Assembly: GCA_964501035.1 (NCBI GenBank)
Contig: CAZCRK010000012.1
Location: 1 to 34,503, forward strand
DNA: 34,503 nucleotides
Reading direction: 5' to 3'
Shown one piece after another: positions 9,233 to 21,095 of this stretch (within the stretch, counting starts at the first letter, position 1; every line of letters begins with the position of its first letter). The position numbers and the translations under genes were made by a program. The notes beneath the pieces are model-generated. The model saw nothing but the letters and a program-made list of their open reading frames with translations, had not been told where the DNA came from and searched no databases.

Positions 9233-11857
9233 TTATTTAGTAATAACAATTGTATGGTTTTCTGGAAGTTTTAAATAAGTGTTGGCTATGTGTTGAATAT
9301 CTTCAACATTAATATCATTCTGGTTTGAATATCTGTTTAAGGCATTTTCATAATCACCAGTAAAAAACTCATAATAACCCATATAAAATGCCTGACCTAT
9401 ACGGGTTAAATTTCGACGCATATATGCCCCTTTATTTGAGTTTACAGTTCGGGTAATTTCATCCTGAGTAATGCCTACCAATTTAGCTGGGTTAAAATAT
9501 GATTTCAGCTCCTTAACGACTTTATCAATATTTTCAACACCCGTCCCTATGGATGCGACTAACCACGCGGTATTACCTTCATATCCCTCGCTTAGTCCAA
9601 TGGAATATGCCAAGCCTTGAGATTCACGTAAATCCATCATCATTCGATAGGATAAGATATCAGTCATTAATGAGAAAACTGGTTTGTCTTCATCTTTTAT
9701 GGTAAATGTGTACCCCAATTTAATTTGAGATTGTTCTTTCCCTAGTTCAATTATTTTTTCTTGAAATTGTGGTTGGGGTAAAATTGGTTCTACAATTCGT
9801 TCGATGGGATTTCCTTTTGTACTCCAAATAGAGTTAAAGGTATCTACCAAATCATTATGAGGAATATTTGAAGAAATAGTGATAACATAGTTTTCAGGTG
9901 AAAAATATTTTGACTGGAGCTGAGTTAAATTATCTTTGTTTATCAATGAAACGGATTCAGTATTTCCACTCACTTTTTGAGTAATAGGGTTATTTTCACC
10001 TAAAAATAACTTCCAAAATGTACTTGAAATTGCATTTCTGCTAGAATGTCCTTGCATTTGCAATTTGCCCATTGCTTGTGAAACAGCATTTTGTACATTA
10101 TCATCAGTTAATGTTGTATAATCCATCATATGTGTCAGTAACTCAATACCTCGTTTAGCATCTTTTTCTAAACATTCGAAACGAATATAACCATATTCTG
10201 AAGAGTTGTAGTAATTATCATATGGTATAAAGCCCATATCTACATACTTTGTTTGAGCACCTATTTTTCCTAATTCTAATTTTAACTCATCAGATGAATA
10301 GGTATCGGTTCCACTTTCTAGTAAAGTATGCAAAATTTCAGCACCACCAGTTAAATTGCCTTCTATGTTGTTACGATTTTTAATCATCACATGCATACCA
10401 AACATTGGCGAACCCCCACCCGAAGCTGTTATGAGTGTTGCTCCTGATGGTAACACGGATTTATCATAAAGAACTCTAGAATCGCCTTCGTTTTGTAATT
10501 CACTTTTCTTTGACAATACAATATTAAATTGCAAAGGGCTTAGTTGAGTTAATGAACTTAGACTTTGTTTTAAATTTTCAAGTTTATAATTATTAAGATA
10601 ATAATCATGTTCTAAAATCCATCTTCCACCATTTTGTGCAAGGTCTGAAGCTTTCATCATTGCATAATAATGGGGTTGATCTAAATAGGCAAAATCTTCA
10701 ACTTGATTTTCTGTAACCCATACTTTTATTTTTTGAGCAAGGTTAGTTTTGTATGTTAACTGTTGGTAAAAATCTGTAATTGCTAATTGTATTTTATCTG
10801 AGAGGGCAGGTAAATGACTTTCATCATTCGTTGTAAAATTGGCAATTAATAGAGGAATATCCCCATCATTGTTGATTGAAAAACTCAGCTCATTTTCCGT
10901 GAATAGTGATGTAATTTCCTCATTCATAAAATGTACAAGTAAATACTTAGAAATTTCATCAAATTGAATCTTGTTGTTTTTGGTTTCAAAATTATATACT
11001 AATTGAGCATAATTCTTAGATACAGATTGATAGTCAATATTTGTTATCATTTTAGTATTATCAAATTGAATATTTTCAATGGGATTCTGAAAAATTGGTT
11101 TTGGTGGTTCATCTCCGTAATACTTTTCAAGCATGGGTTTAAGTTGGTTTGAATCAAAATTTCCAATAATGGTCAAAATCATATTGTTGGGAACATAATG
11201 GTTTTTGTAAAATTCAAAAATATCATCACGTTTCATGTGCTCAATTGTACTTTTTGTTCCCAATGTTGGTAAACCTGCACCTGTATTACCTAGATTCATT
11301 CTATTAAAGAAATTTTGCACGTGATACGTTTCACTATCTCTATCTTTGAGAATTTCTTCAATCACGATACCCCGTTCTTTTTCTAGTTTGTCACTGGGAA
11401 TAATCGAGTGAAAAATCATATCTTGTTGGATATCCATTCCTTGTTCAATATATTCAGATGGCAAAAGAAAAATAAAGTCAGTGAATTGTTTCCCAGTGAA
11501 GGCATTACTATAGGCTCCCACAAGATCCGTATCTTCATATAGTTTATCTTGCGTTCGTGTTTCAGTGCCATTAAACAGTAAATGCTCAAGCATATGTGAC
11601 ATACCAGATGTGCTATAGTTTTCAAATGCAGATCCAACACGAATAGTCATATTTAATGCAACCATTGGGGATGAACTATTTTGAATTGCCAATACTTCAA
11701 GTCCATTTTCTAAATAAAAAGTCTCTGCATTTTGTGGGTATGGAATAATTTCACTATTTTGAATTGAATTCTTTATTCTATCCGCTTGAATAGAAGGTGG
11801 GGTACATGCTGAAACAAACAATCCTGCGACAATTACACCTAGTTTTATAGTTCTCAT
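9233..11857 (-). CDS. M16 (pitrilysin/insulinase-like) zinc peptidase, lipoprotein
   Basis: Lipobox VSAC, inverted zinc motif [17 protein letters not shown] and YVPNNM. The second half has a degenerate motif and LRESQGLAY. Confidence 0.9.
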   Translation of the reverse strand: MRTIKLGVIVAGLFVSACTPPSIQADRIKNSIQNSEIIPYPQNAETFYLENGLEVLAIQNSSSPMVALNMTIRVGSAFENYSTSGMSHMLEHLLFNGTETRTQDKLYEDTDLVGAYSNAFTGKQFTDFIFLLPSEYIEQGMDIQQDMIFHSIIPSDKLEKERGIVIEEILKDRDSETYHVQNFFNRMNLGNTGAGLPTLGTKSTIEHMKRDDIFEFYKNHYVPNNMILTIIGNFDSNQLKPMLEKYYGDEPPKPIFQNPIENIQFDNTKMITNIDYQSVSKNYAQLVYNFETKNNKIQFDEISKYLLVHFMNEEITSLFTENELSFSINNDGDIPLLIANFTTNDESHLPALSDKIQLAITDFYQQLTYKTNLAQKIKVWVTENQVEDFAYLDQPHYYAMMKASDLAQNGGRWILEHDYYLNNYKLENLKQSLSSLTQLSPLQFNIVLSKKSELQNEGDSRVLYDKSVLPSGATLITASGGGSPMFGMHVMIKNRNNIEGNLTGGAEILHTLLESGTDTYSSDELKLELGKIGAQTKYVDMGFIPYDNYYNSSEYGYIRFECLEKDAKRGIELLTHMMDYTTLTDDNVQNAVSQAMGKLQMQGHSSRNAISSTFWKLFLGENNPITQKVSGNTESVSLINKDNLTQLQSKYFSPENYVITISSNIPHNDLVDTFNSIWSTKGNPIERIVEPILPQPQFQEKIIELGKEQSQIKLGYTFTIKDEDKPVFSLMTDILSYRMMMDLRESQGLAYSIGLSEGYEGNTAWLVASIGTGVENIDKVVKELKSYFNPAKLVGITQDEITRTVNSNKGAYMRRNLTRIGQAFYMGYYEFFTGDYENALNRYSNQNDINVEDIQHIANTYLKLPENHTIVITK

Positions 11858-11903
11858 AGTTTTCCTTGAATAATTATTGATACTACAATTAACATTCTAT
11901 CAA

Positions 11904-13226
11904 TTACAGTGTTAACTCAAATGATGTTAACAGAATTCCAGGGCAGTGAACACCCCCTAATTCTCGACCACCGTACGTTTCGATATCTGGATGAAAATCT
12001 AATGAGTCACCAACAGCTTCTAGATTTCCTCCAAAAATGTTGTATAAACTGTCATCAAAACGCATGTTTTCAATTGGTGCAACAATTTCGCCATTTTCTA
12101 CCCAAAAGCAAGCATATCGAGTCATGCCTGTAATGCGACCACCGATATTATCACTCCAATTCAAGTAATGCAGATTCCCCAAGAAAATACCCGTACCTAT
12201 TTCCTGTAAAACATCATTTGATGCTAGTGTACCTGGTTTCATTTCACATGCACGCATATATTCACCATCGCCTGCAAAATTGGAAGTTTTATCATATTCT
12301 TTTGCTGTTCGAGTACTAATCAATGTGTTTTTCAGAACACCATTTTCAATTAGAGATAATTTTTCAGGAGCTATTTCTCCATTACCATTAAATCGTTGAA
12401 CAGAGCCGTGGGTAAAATTTTCAGAAATAGAAAACAAAGATGATAACTGAATATTTTCACTTCTCATCTTTCCAAAAGCTGATTGTCCCTGTTGAATCGA
12501 AGCTTCACTTATTCCATTCCATGAGAACATATGTAGTATGTCACTTACACCCGCAGATGCAATATATGTACGGTAATTTCCTGGATCAATTTTTACGGCA
12601 GGTTGGTTCATCATTTTAAGTTTGTTAACAGAATCTGCCATAAATGATTCGTACTTAGATTGATCCCAATTTTTCCCAGCAAAAGTAGCTTTCACCATTT
12701 TTTCTTCGGGTGTTATAAGGGAATAATCCAATGAAAATGAATCAGTTGCAAACCAATGTTTTTGACCAGCAGAGTTAGTATTTCCAACGTAAACACGGCC
12801 AGATGCCCAGATACCAGCTAAATCCACTCCATGCATTGCTGGGGTGAGCGCATCCGCTGCTTTATCAATGGGAAGTAAAGACCCACTATGTGATTCTTGA
12901 CTTGAACCTTTGTTCTCAGGATACACAATATATGGATCTTCTGGAAGGTGTTGAATTTGACCTCGCATTGATTCAATTTCAGAGGATAAATTTTCAAAAT
13001 CTATGTCCATATTTTGAGTTAATGTGATACTACAACTCATGTTTCGATTATTGGAAATATATTCGATAGAAATACTCATATCATCTACTAAACCAGTTTG
13101 GCGTATTTTTGCATTATTGAATCGAATAAACTGACTATTTTCAGCACCAAAACTTAATTTTAAATGTTCACCATTTTGTAAATGGCTCATAATTTTATCT
13201 GATAAATTGAAAAAATATTCTCTCAT
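11904..13226 (-). CDS. tldE: TldE/PmbA family protein
   Basis: Motifs IRFNNAKIRQ, LIENGVLKN, NLHYLN, ITGMTR..FWVENGEI and MRFDDS. It lacks HExxxH and lies 3 nt downstream of tldD. Confidence 0.88.
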   Translation of the reverse strand: MREYFFNLSDKIMSHLQNGEHLKLSFGAENSQFIRFNNAKIRQTGLVDDMSISIEYISNNRNMSCSITLTQNMDIDFENLSSEIESMRGQIQHLPEDPYIVYPENKGSSQESHSGSLLPIDKAADALTPAMHGVDLAGIWASGRVYVGNTNSAGQKHWFATDSFSLDYSLITPEEKMVKATFAGKNWDQSKYESFMADSVNKLKMMNQPAVKIDPGNYRTYIASAGVSDILHMFSWNGISEASIQQGQSAFGKMRSENIQLSSLFSISENFTHGSVQRFNGNGEIAPEKLSLIENGVLKNTLISTRTAKEYDKTSNFAGDGEYMRACEMKPGTLASNDVLQEIGTGIFLGNLHYLNWSDNIGGRITGMTRYACFWVENGEIVAPIENMRFDDSLYNIFGGNLEAVGDSLDFHPDIETYGGRELGGVHCPGILLTSFELTL

Positions 13227-13229
13227 AAT

Positions 13230-14654
13230 TTACGCTCCACCAAAAATTTCTATATTATCAAACCGACACACAGGGGATGCATGTCCTACACGAATAACCT
13301 GGTTTGGTTCTCCTTTTCCACAATTAGGTGTACCGTGAACGCTAAATGTGTCCCTATTTCCAACCATGGATAAACTATTCCAAAATGGATTGGAAATTCC
13401 GCGATAATTTGGATTTTTTACTGTTTTTGTTAGCTTACCATTTTCAATAAGTTTGCCATATTCAGCTCCAAATTGAAACTTATTACGATAATCATCAATA
13501 GACCATGAACGGTTTGTTTCCATAAACACCCCACGTTCAGTATTTGAAATAATATTTTCAAATGAGGACTCACCGGGTTCAACATTCAAATTTGCCATTC
13601 TATCAATAGGAGCTCGGTTCCAATTGCTTGCTCTAAAATTTGCAACACCCTTTAATCCAGATCGAGTTTGACTTTCCATTCCGCCTAATCCTCGAACAAG
13701 TAAACCATCTTTTATGATGTATTCTTTTTGTGCTTTTAATCCACCATCATCAAAGGCATAAGAAGCTAACTCATTGGGTACTGTTGGGTCAAACGTTACA
13801 TTTAATAGTTTTGAACCATATTGCAATGTTCCAAAATCTTTGGGTCGAACAAAGCTATACCCTGCATAATTCCGCTCATCGCCTAAAATTCGGTCAATTT
13901 CAAGTGCATGTCCTATGCTTTCATGGATTTGTAACATCATTTGATCAGGAGCTAAAACTAGAGAGGTCGTTTCTGTGGGGCATTCTTCTGCAGATAAAAG
14001 TTCAATTGCTTGTTCTGATGCTGTTTGACAATCCTGTAACAATTGGGTTTCGTCTAAAATTTCTAATCCCGCTTGTAGCCCACCACGACCACCATTAGAT
14101 CGAGTTTGCGTAACGGAACCATCTTGAGCAGTTGCCGAAAAATAAACATCAGACATCAAAAATGATTGATGGGCATCGCTACCATTTGTGCATACATAAT
14201 GAAAGTCTGTTTCAACAAAAATACTATTTGCACTAACACTTACAATTTTATCTGAAATTTTAAGTGCCTCATTTGCTTTAATGAGGAATTGGTTTATGTC
14301 ACCGACACTCATTGTATTTCGTGCTAATTTAAAGGGAGATTGATATTCTCCTATTGCAACTGGTCGTACAGATTGATCAAAAGAATAGATAGAATATTTT
14401 GATGCTAGTTTTGCCTGTTTCAACGCGTTGTCAACAGCATTTTGAATGCCTTCAAGTGTTAAATTCTGTGTGCCATAGTATCCAAACTGACCATTATATA
14501 GCACTTCAACCATTATACCATGTGTATTTCCAGTATGGTTTGCTTGGGGTTTTCCATCTCGTACAATATGATACGTTGTTGCTTCTTTTACTTCACGAAG
14601 CCCTACCCATTCTGCTTCAGAACGGATATTGCCAAGTAGTTGTTTTAGATTCAT
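13230..14654 (-). CDS. tldD: TldD family metalloprotease
   Basis: Motifs IHESIGHALEIDR, FDDGG, PIDRMAN, SWSID..FQFG and CGKGEP..VGH. Start placed at ATG 14654 because AAAGG lies upstream; the ORF track starts at 14687. Confidence 0.92.
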   Translation of the reverse strand: MNLKQLLGNIRSEAEWVGLREVKEATTYHIVRDGKPQANHTGNTHGIMVEVLYNGQFGYYGTQNLTLEGIQNAVDNALKQAKLASKYSIYSFDQSVRPVAIGEYQSPFKLARNTMSVGDINQFLIKANEALKISDKIVSVSANSIFVETDFHYVCTNGSDAHQSFLMSDVYFSATAQDGSVTQTRSNGGRGGLQAGLEILDETQLLQDCQTASEQAIELLSAEECPTETTSLVLAPDQMMLQIHESIGHALEIDRILGDERNYAGYSFVRPKDFGTLQYGSKLLNVTFDPTVPNELASYAFDDGGLKAQKEYIIKDGLLVRGLGGMESQTRSGLKGVANFRASNWNRAPIDRMANLNVEPGESSFENIISNTERGVFMETNRSWSIDDYRNKFQFGAEYGKLIENGKLTKTVKNPNYRGISNPFWNSLSMVGNRDTFSVHGTPNCGKGEPNQVIRVGHASPVCRFDNIEIFGGA

Positions 14655-14834
14655 TATGCCTTTATCCCATTTAAAATATAGACTCATAATTTATAACGTA
14701 ATTAAAACACGTAACCATAAATTGAGAATAAATTATTTTACATTTTTTTGATGTTGTGATGGGTTTATTCCTGTAAATTAGGGGCTGTAGTTTACATTGT
14801 TTCTTTATCATTAAATAAAAATTTAAGGTTTTAT

Positions 14835-16757
14835 ATGAAATTCAAACTTTATTTATCTATACTTACATTTATCAGTTCATTTTTTATTGGATGTGGAGGA
14901 AGTAGTAATTCAACTCCAATAGCGTTACGTACTAAACCAGTTTCAATGAAGCAATTTGACACTCCACAAGGGGCAGACCCTAGTATATCTGCTGAGATGG
15001 GAGGAAATGGATTTGAAAATATTGCTGAAGGGCTAGGTTTTGAAACATATTCACCTGAGCCAGATGGTGACCCAAATGCAAAAAAGGGTGGACGTTTTAC
15101 GATGCGTTTTACTGAGTTTCCTGCTACACTTCGTCCAATTGGTAAAGATTCATCCTCAGAAATTGTGTGGATGCTTTCAATTTTTTGTTATGAAAGTCTA
15201 ATAGGATACGATTCTGAAATTGGAGAAATAGTTCCTGGATTAGCGACGCACTGGAAAATAAGTGATGATGGACGTACATTTCAGTTTAGAATAGATCCAA
15301 ATGCAAGGTGGTCTGATGGTAAACCCGTAATTGCTGAGGATGTGGTTTCTACATTCCATTTGAATATGAATGAAGGAATTTTAGAACCTCGTTTACAGGT
15401 GCAATATGGAAAATATTCCGTTCCGAAAGCAATCAGCAAGTATATTGTTGAAGTATCATCCAATGAAAAACATTTTAAAAATTTCTTGGATTTTGGTTGG
15501 AGTTTACAAATTTTCCCCTCACATATTATTGGAGATTTATCTGCTGAAGAATACTTAGAACAGTTTCATTTTGATATGATGCCTGGTAGCGGACCCTATA
15601 CATTTATAAAAGATAAAATGAGAAAAGGTAAATCACTCACATTGGTTCGCAGAAGTGATTGGTGGCAACGTGATTATGATCGAAATATTGGTGGTTATAA
15701 TTTTGATGAATTTAAATTTGTTATCGTGAATGATGATAGGTTGACGCTAGAAAAATTCAAGAAAGGTGAGCTTGATTATTATACAGTTGGTCGTGCTCAA
15801 TGGTGGGTTGAAGAATTTGATGTGACGGATACTGAATTTGATTTTCTGCACAGAGGATTGATACAAAAGAAAAAAGTATTTAACTATAAACCGAAGGGTA
15901 CATCTGGCCTTGCCTTTAATATGCGTCGGGAACCATTTAACGATATTCGTATTCGAAAGGCATTTGCAAAAATATGGAATCGGGAGCAGTTAATTGAAAA
16001 ATTATTTTTCGATGAGTATGTACCGCTAAAATCATTCTTTCCTGGTGGTCCTTACGAAAACCCAAATAATGAACTTATTACATATGACCCAGATGGTGCA
16101 GTACAATTACTTGCTGATGCAGGTTGGGTACATAGAAACAACGAAGGATGGCTTGAAAAAAATGGTAAAATCTTTGAAGTAGATTTTGGAATTGCACAAT
16201 CTTATGAACGTATTTTTACTCCATTTCAAGAAGATTTAGCAAAAGTTGGAATAAAGATGAATTTAAAATATGTCACAAGCCAAACAATGTTTAAAAAAGT
16301 ATTAAATGAAAGAGATTTTGATATTCATTATCAATCTTGGACAATGCCATTATTCCCGGGTCCTGATAAACATTATGGATCAGAAATGGCTGATATTCCC
16401 GGTACTACAAATATAACCGGTGTCAAAAATGCTGATATTGATGAAATTTCCAAAGCATATAATGAAATGTTTGATGCAAAAGATAGAACCAAAGCATTGC
16501 AAAAAATTGATAGTATCCTCCATGAAATGGTACCGTATGCTCATGGCTGGGGTGCACCCTATACAATCAGATGTGCATACTGGAATAAGTTTGGGATGCC
16601 AGAATCTGTGATTGGATATTCTGGTGATTGGTATACAACCATGTCATCATGGTGGTACGAACCAGAGTTAGCAATTCAAGTTGAACAGGCTAAAAAAGAT
16701 AATTCAATGTCATTTCCGTATGTTGAAACTGAATACAGGTATCAGTTAAAAAAGTAA
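14835..16757 (+). CDS. Peptide ABC transporter substrate-binding lipoprotein (family 5, YejA-like)
   Basis: Lipobox FIGC, GDPNAKKGG, PGLATHW, ARWSDGKPV.AEDV, GSGPY, YNFD, FNMRREPFNDIRIRKA, YWNKFGMP and WW. Confidence 0.9.
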   Translation: MKFKLYLSILTFISSFFIGCGGSSNSTPIALRTKPVSMKQFDTPQGADPSISAEMGGNGFENIAEGLGFETYSPEPDGDPNAKKGGRFTMRFTEFPATLRPIGKDSSSEIVWMLSIFCYESLIGYDSEIGEIVPGLATHWKISDDGRTFQFRIDPNARWSDGKPVIAEDVVSTFHLNMNEGILEPRLQVQYGKYSVPKAISKYIVEVSSNEKHFKNFLDFGWSLQIFPSHIIGDLSAEEYLEQFHFDMMPGSGPYTFIKDKMRKGKSLTLVRRSDWWQRDYDRNIGGYNFDEFKFVIVNDDRLTLEKFKKGELDYYTVGRAQWWVEEFDVTDTEFDFLHRGLIQKKKVFNYKPKGTSGLAFNMRREPFNDIRIRKAFAKIWNREQLIEKLFFDEYVPLKSFFPGGPYENPNNELITYDPDGAVQLLADAGWVHRNNEGWLEKNGKIFEVDFGIAQSYERIFTPFQEDLAKVGIKMNLKYVTSQTMFKKVLNERDFDIHYQSWTMPLFPGPDKHYGSEMADIPGTTNITGVKNADIDEISKAYNEMFDAKDRTKALQKIDSILHEMVPYAHGWGAPYTIRCAYWNKFGMPESVIGYSGDWYTTMSSWWYEPELAIQVEQAKKDNSMSFPYVETEYRYQLKK

Positions 16758-16762
16758 ACTAA

Positions 16763-18025
16763 ATGACTCAGTATATAATTCGAAGACTACTGTTAATGAT
16801 TCCAACATTCCTTGGAATAACCGTACTAGTGTTTACCATTCTTCAACTGGTTCCAGGGGGGCCGCTCGAACAAGAACTTCTAAAAGCTCAAGCAGCACTC
16901 ATGGCAGGTGGCGAAGGAGGAGCAAGTGGAAGCACAAATGAATCGGGGCTTGCTGAATTGCCGGAAGAATCAGTTCAACGCCTTAAAGAATTTTATGGAT
17001 TAGATAAACCTGGACCCATAAGGTATTTAATTTGGCTTGGTGTTTGGCCAAAAGAAATCAATCAATACCGTGTTAAATTTGAACCCGGTCAAACGGAAGC
17101 ACAACACAGATTATCTGCACGCCAATCTATTGATTTAAATTTTATAAATGGAACCCCAACTATTGTAAATAATAATGAATTTAAAAAACCCTGGAAAATA
17201 GAGGTTTCTGAGGTTAATGATGAGGGAATTACAACTTTAAAAATTTACAAAACAGCATTTCAGGGTATTCTCACAGGTCATCTTGGGAAGTCATATACGT
17301 ATGCAGAATCGGTTTGGCAACTCATCAAAGAACGTTTGCATATTTCAGCATATTTTGGGTTAATAAGTTTTGTGCTGTCGTATTTAGTTTGCATCCCACT
17401 TGGAATTACAAAAGCATTAAAACATGGGTCTAAATTTGATGCAATATCTAGTACAATTGTTTTTATAGGGTATTCAACTCCAGGATTTATATTAGGTGCA
17501 ATGTTGCTTGTGTATTTTGGTGGCGGAAGTTTTTGGGATGTATTCCCATTGGGTGAGTTTCGATCTGAAGATTTTGAATATTTTACATTTTGGGAAAAAG
17601 TACAAGACCAATTGCATCACACTGTTTTACCTGTAATTGCATATATGGTGGGAGCATTCGCATCCTTAACTGTTCTGATGAAAAATTCTTTATTGGAAAA
17701 TTTGAGTCAAGATTATGTACGAACAGCATTTGCTAAAGGGTTAACAGAAAAACGTGTTGTATTTTTTCACACTGTTCGAAATTCCCTTATACCCTTAGCA
17801 ACTGGTATAGGTGGTCTAATCGGAATATGGTTAGCTGGTTCATATCTCATTGAGCGTGTATTTAATATAAATGGAATAGGTATGCTGAGCTATATGGCTG
17901 TAATCCAAAGGGATTATCCCGTTGTAATGGGGTTTTTAGTTATAGGGACTATCATTCGATTATTAGGTAATTTAATTTCTGACATGTGTTATGCAGCAAT
18001 AGACCCAAGGATTCGATTTAAGTGA
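16763..18025 (+). CDS. Peptide ABC transporter permease (YejB/OppB-like)
   Basis: Motifs YIIRRLLLMIPT, VPGGP, YGLDKP, EAA loop DYVRTAFAKGL, RDYPVV and DPRI. Confidence 0.93.
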   Translation: MTQYIIRRLLLMIPTFLGITVLVFTILQLVPGGPLEQELLKAQAALMAGGEGGASGSTNESGLAELPEESVQRLKEFYGLDKPGPIRYLIWLGVWPKEINQYRVKFEPGQTEAQHRLSARQSIDLNFINGTPTIVNNNEFKKPWKIEVSEVNDEGITTLKIYKTAFQGILTGHLGKSYTYAESVWQLIKERLHISAYFGLISFVLSYLVCIPLGITKALKHGSKFDAISSTIVFIGYSTPGFILGAMLLVYFGGGSFWDVFPLGEFRSEDFEYFTFWEKVQDQLHHTVLPVIAYMVGAFASLTVLMKNSLLENLSQDYVRTAFAKGLTEKRVVFFHTVRNSLIPLATGIGGLIGIWLAGSYLIERVFNINGIGMLSYMAVIQRDYPVVMGFLVIGTIIRLLGNLISDMCYAAIDPRIRFK

Positions 18026-19077
18026 TGATTTTTAAGAAGAAAACCAATTCACACTCTATTCTGCAAAAGAGAATACGAAAATTTAAAACCATGAAACGAG
18101 GGTATTACTCGTTTATTATCTTAATTTCCCTATATTTGCTCTCGTTTTTAAATCCTCTATTCATCAATAATAAAGCCTTAGTTGTCAAGTATGATAATGA
18201 GTATTTTTTCCCATTATTTTCATATTATTCTTCGGATACATTTAATCAAAATGGATATGGTGAAGCAAATTACAGAGAGCTTGATAAATCTGTTGAAAAT
18301 GAAGATGGAAATTGGGTCATAATGCCGTTTTATCCCTACCATCCAAATGAGTCTCTCCTTAGCGAATTAAAAGGTGAACCTCCACATGCACCCTCATCTG
18401 AGCATTGGTTTGGTACTGACAATAGAGCTCGTGATGTGTTTGCACGGTTAGTATATGGATTCAATATTTCAATTTCATTTGCACTTGTAGTAACCTTTTT
18501 TGCGTATATGATTGGAATTACAATTGGTGCTACACTAGGATTTTTTGGTGGTAAAATTGACATATTTGGTCAACGGTTTATTGAAATTTTTGCTTCTATT
18601 CCTTTTCTATATACGATGATTATTATTAGCTCAGTTATGCAACCCAGTTTTTGGTTATTAGTTGGAATATTATCCTGCTTTGGTTGGGTAGGAATGACAT
18701 ATTTTATGAGAGGTGAATTTTACCGAGAGAAAGCAAAAGACTATGTATCTGCAGCTGTGTCTATGGGGGCAAACAATAGACGAATTATGTTTAAGCATAT
18801 TTTGCCAAATGCACTAACTCCAATAATATCTTTTGCACCATTTGCAATTGTGGGTTACATCTCATCTCTTGTATCTCTTGATTTCTTGGGATTTGGTTTA
18901 GCACCACCAACACCATCATGGGGTGAAATTGTGAGTCAAGGTATTTCAGATATTAGATATTGGTGGTTAATTGTTTCTCCAATGGGAGCTACGTTTACTA
19001 CTTTGCTTTTAATTACATTTATTGGGGAAGGTGTACGTGAAGCCTTTGATCCTAAAGTATTTTCCAGGTTGCGTTAA
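18022..19077 (+). CDS. Peptide ABC transporter permease (YejE/OppC-like)
   Basis: Motifs KRGYYS, HWFGTD..RDVFARLVYG, HILPNALTP, LDFLGFGL..PSWG and GEGVREAFDP. Confidence 0.93.
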   Translation: MMIFKKKTNSHSILQKRIRKFKTMKRGYYSFIILISLYLLSFLNPLFINNKALVVKYDNEYFFPLFSYYSSDTFNQNGYGEANYRELDKSVENEDGNWVIMPFYPYHPNESLLSELKGEPPHAPSSEHWFGTDNRARDVFARLVYGFNISISFALVVTFFAYMIGITIGATLGFFGGKIDIFGQRFIEIFASIPFLYTMIIISSVMQPSFWLLVGILSCFGWVGMTYFMRGEFYREKAKDYVSAAVSMGANNRRIMFKHILPNALTPIISFAPFAIVGYISSLVSLDFLGFGLAPPTPSWGEIVSQGISDIRYWWLIVSPMGATFTTLLLITFIGEGVREAFDPKVFSRLR

Positions 19078-20063
19078 TGTCACATAAAAAGCTGTTCGAA
19101 ATAAAAGATTTAAAAACATACTTCTACACCGAAGCAGGAACAGCAAAAGCTGTTGATGGAGTTTCCTTTGATATTTATCAAGGTGAAGTATTAGGAATCG
19201 TAGGTGAATCAGGTTCTGGAAAGTCTGTTACATCACTTTCAATTAACAGATTGATTCCAAATCCACCCGGTGAAATTGTAAATGGTGAAGTCCTTTATAA
19301 AGATACCAATTTACTTGATTTATCGTACGAGGATATGCGTAATTATAGGGGAAAAGACATTGCAATGATTTTCCAAGAGCCCATGACATCGCTTAATCCT
19401 GTTTTTAAAATTGATGTTCAGATGAATGAAGTATTAATGAAACATGAAGGATTATCATGGGAAGAAGCATCCGAGCGAAGTATCGCGTTGTTAGATGCGG
19501 TGGGAATTCCAGATGCTAAAAGTCGGATGAAGGATTATCCGCATCAGTTTTCAGGTGGTATGCGACAGCGTGTTATGATTGCCATGGCCTTACAGTGTAA
19601 TCCATCATTACTCATTGCAGATGAGCCAACAACTGCTTTGGATGTAACTATTCAAGCACAGATTCTTGAGTTAATGGTCAAAATGCAGAGAACTCGGGAA
19701 GAGGCAGCGATTCTTCTCATTACGCATGACCTAGCTGTAGTTGCTGAAATGTGCGATAGAGTTATTGTGATGTATGGTGGAAAAATTCAAGAAATTGCAC
19801 CCATCGAAGAGTTATTTGCAAACCCGCAACATCCATATACCAAAGGGTTAATGCATTCAATCCCATCTCCGGGTGGTGAAAAACAAAATAGACTTGAAGC
19901 GATTAGAGGAATGGTACCACCCATTTTAGATATGCCTGTTGGATGTAAATTTTGTACCCGATGTGATGAAAAATTAGATAAATGTGATACAATTGAACCA
20001 GATTTAATGGAAGTTTCAAGCGGACATCAAGTTCGTTGTCATTTACTAGAGGAGAAAAGTTAA
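19077..20063 (+). CDS. oppD: Peptide ABC transporter ATP-binding subunit (OppD/DppD-like)
   Basis: Walker [40 protein letters not shown] and a C-terminal Cys cluster [10 protein letters not shown]. Confidence 0.93.
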   Translation: MSHKKLFEIKDLKTYFYTEAGTAKAVDGVSFDIYQGEVLGIVGESGSGKSVTSLSINRLIPNPPGEIVNGEVLYKDTNLLDLSYEDMRNYRGKDIAMIFQEPMTSLNPVFKIDVQMNEVLMKHEGLSWEEASERSIALLDAVGIPDAKSRMKDYPHQFSGGMRQRVMIAMALQCNPSLLIADEPTTALDVTIQAQILELMVKMQRTREEAAILLITHDLAVVAEMCDRVIVMYGGKIQEIAPIEELFANPQHPYTKGLMHSIPSPGGEKQNRLEAIRGMVPPILDMPVGCKFCTRCDEKLDKCDTIEPDLMEVSSGHQVRCHLLEEKS

Positions 20064-21082
20064 TGACAACACAACCTATTCTTAAAATTCGTAATCTTCA
20101 TGTACATTTTCCCATTTTTGGTGGAATATTTCAACGAAAAGTTACAGAAGTGAAAGCGGTTGACGGGATTTCATTTGATGTGTATCCCGGTGAAATACTA
20201 GGTATTGTTGGAGAATCGGGATGTGGAAAATCCACTGTGGGTAAAGCGCTCATCAATGTGCTACGATTAACAGCACCAGATGTTGAACTCTCTGGACAAG
20301 TATTTCTAGAAAATAATGGTGAATACATTGATTTATTATCTCTAAACAAAAAAGAGATGAATCATTACAGACCGCAAATTCAAATGATTTTCCAAGATCC
20401 ATTTTCATCATTAAATCCTCGAATGTTAGTAGGCGATATTGTTCAAGAACCAATGGATTTACACACATCATTATCTGAAAAAGAAAAAAAAGAAAAAGTT
20501 GCGTATTTGTTAAATAAAGTGGGACTATCAACAGAGCAAGCAACCCGATACCCCCATGAATTTTCAGGTGGTCAACGCCAACGAATAGGAATTGCAAGAG
20601 CCTTGGCAACTGAACCACGCATGATTATTGCTGACGAACCCGTTTCTGCATTGGATGTTTCTATTCAAGCACAAGTAATAAATTTAATGATGGACCTACA
20701 GGAAGAGTTTAATTTATCCCTTATTTTTATTGCACACGATTTATCCGTAGTTGAACATATTTCCAACCGAATTGGTGTTATGTATTTGGGGAATTTAGCT
20801 GAACTTGGTAATTCTGATGATGTGTATCATAATCCTAAGCATCCATATACTCGCAGTTTATTGTCAGCTGTCCCCATACCGGACCCTAAAAATAGAAAAG
20901 ATAGACAGCGTATTGTACTGAAAGGGGATGTTCCTTCACCTTTGGCAAAACCAAGTGGTTGTGGGTTTAGAACTCGGTGTCCGATTGTTAAGGATGAATG
21001 TGCGAATGAAATTCCTCAATTTGAGGATGTTGCAACCAACCATTTTGTTGCATGTCAGTATCATGCAGAACCCATTAGTTAA
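20063..21082 (+). CDS. oppF: Peptide ABC transporter ATP-binding subunit (OppF/DppF-like)
   Basis: Motifs GESGCGKST, FQDP, FSGGQRQR, ADEPVSALD, HPYT and GCGFRTRC..C..C. ATG 20063 overlaps the oppD stop (TAATG). Confidence 0.93.
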   Translation: MTTQPILKIRNLHVHFPIFGGIFQRKVTEVKAVDGISFDVYPGEILGIVGESGCGKSTVGKALINVLRLTAPDVELSGQVFLENNGEYIDLLSLNKKEMNHYRPQIQMIFQDPFSSLNPRMLVGDIVQEPMDLHTSLSEKEKKEKVAYLLNKVGLSTEQATRYPHEFSGGQRQRIGIARALATEPRMIIADEPVSALDVSIQAQVINLMMDLQEEFNLSLIFIAHDLSVVEHISNRIGVMYLGNLAELGNSDDVYHNPKHPYTRSLLSAVPIPDPKNRKDRQRIVLKGDVPSPLAKPSGCGFRTRCPIVKDECANEIPQFEDVATNHFVACQYHAEPIS

Positions 21083-21095
21083 TTTTTCTTCTCCG

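Noticed and set aside
11904..21082. Microcin/RiPP biosynthetic cluster (TldDE plus Yej)
   Set aside because: No precursor peptide, YcaO, ThiF, radical SAM or exporter is present, and the ABC system is an importer.
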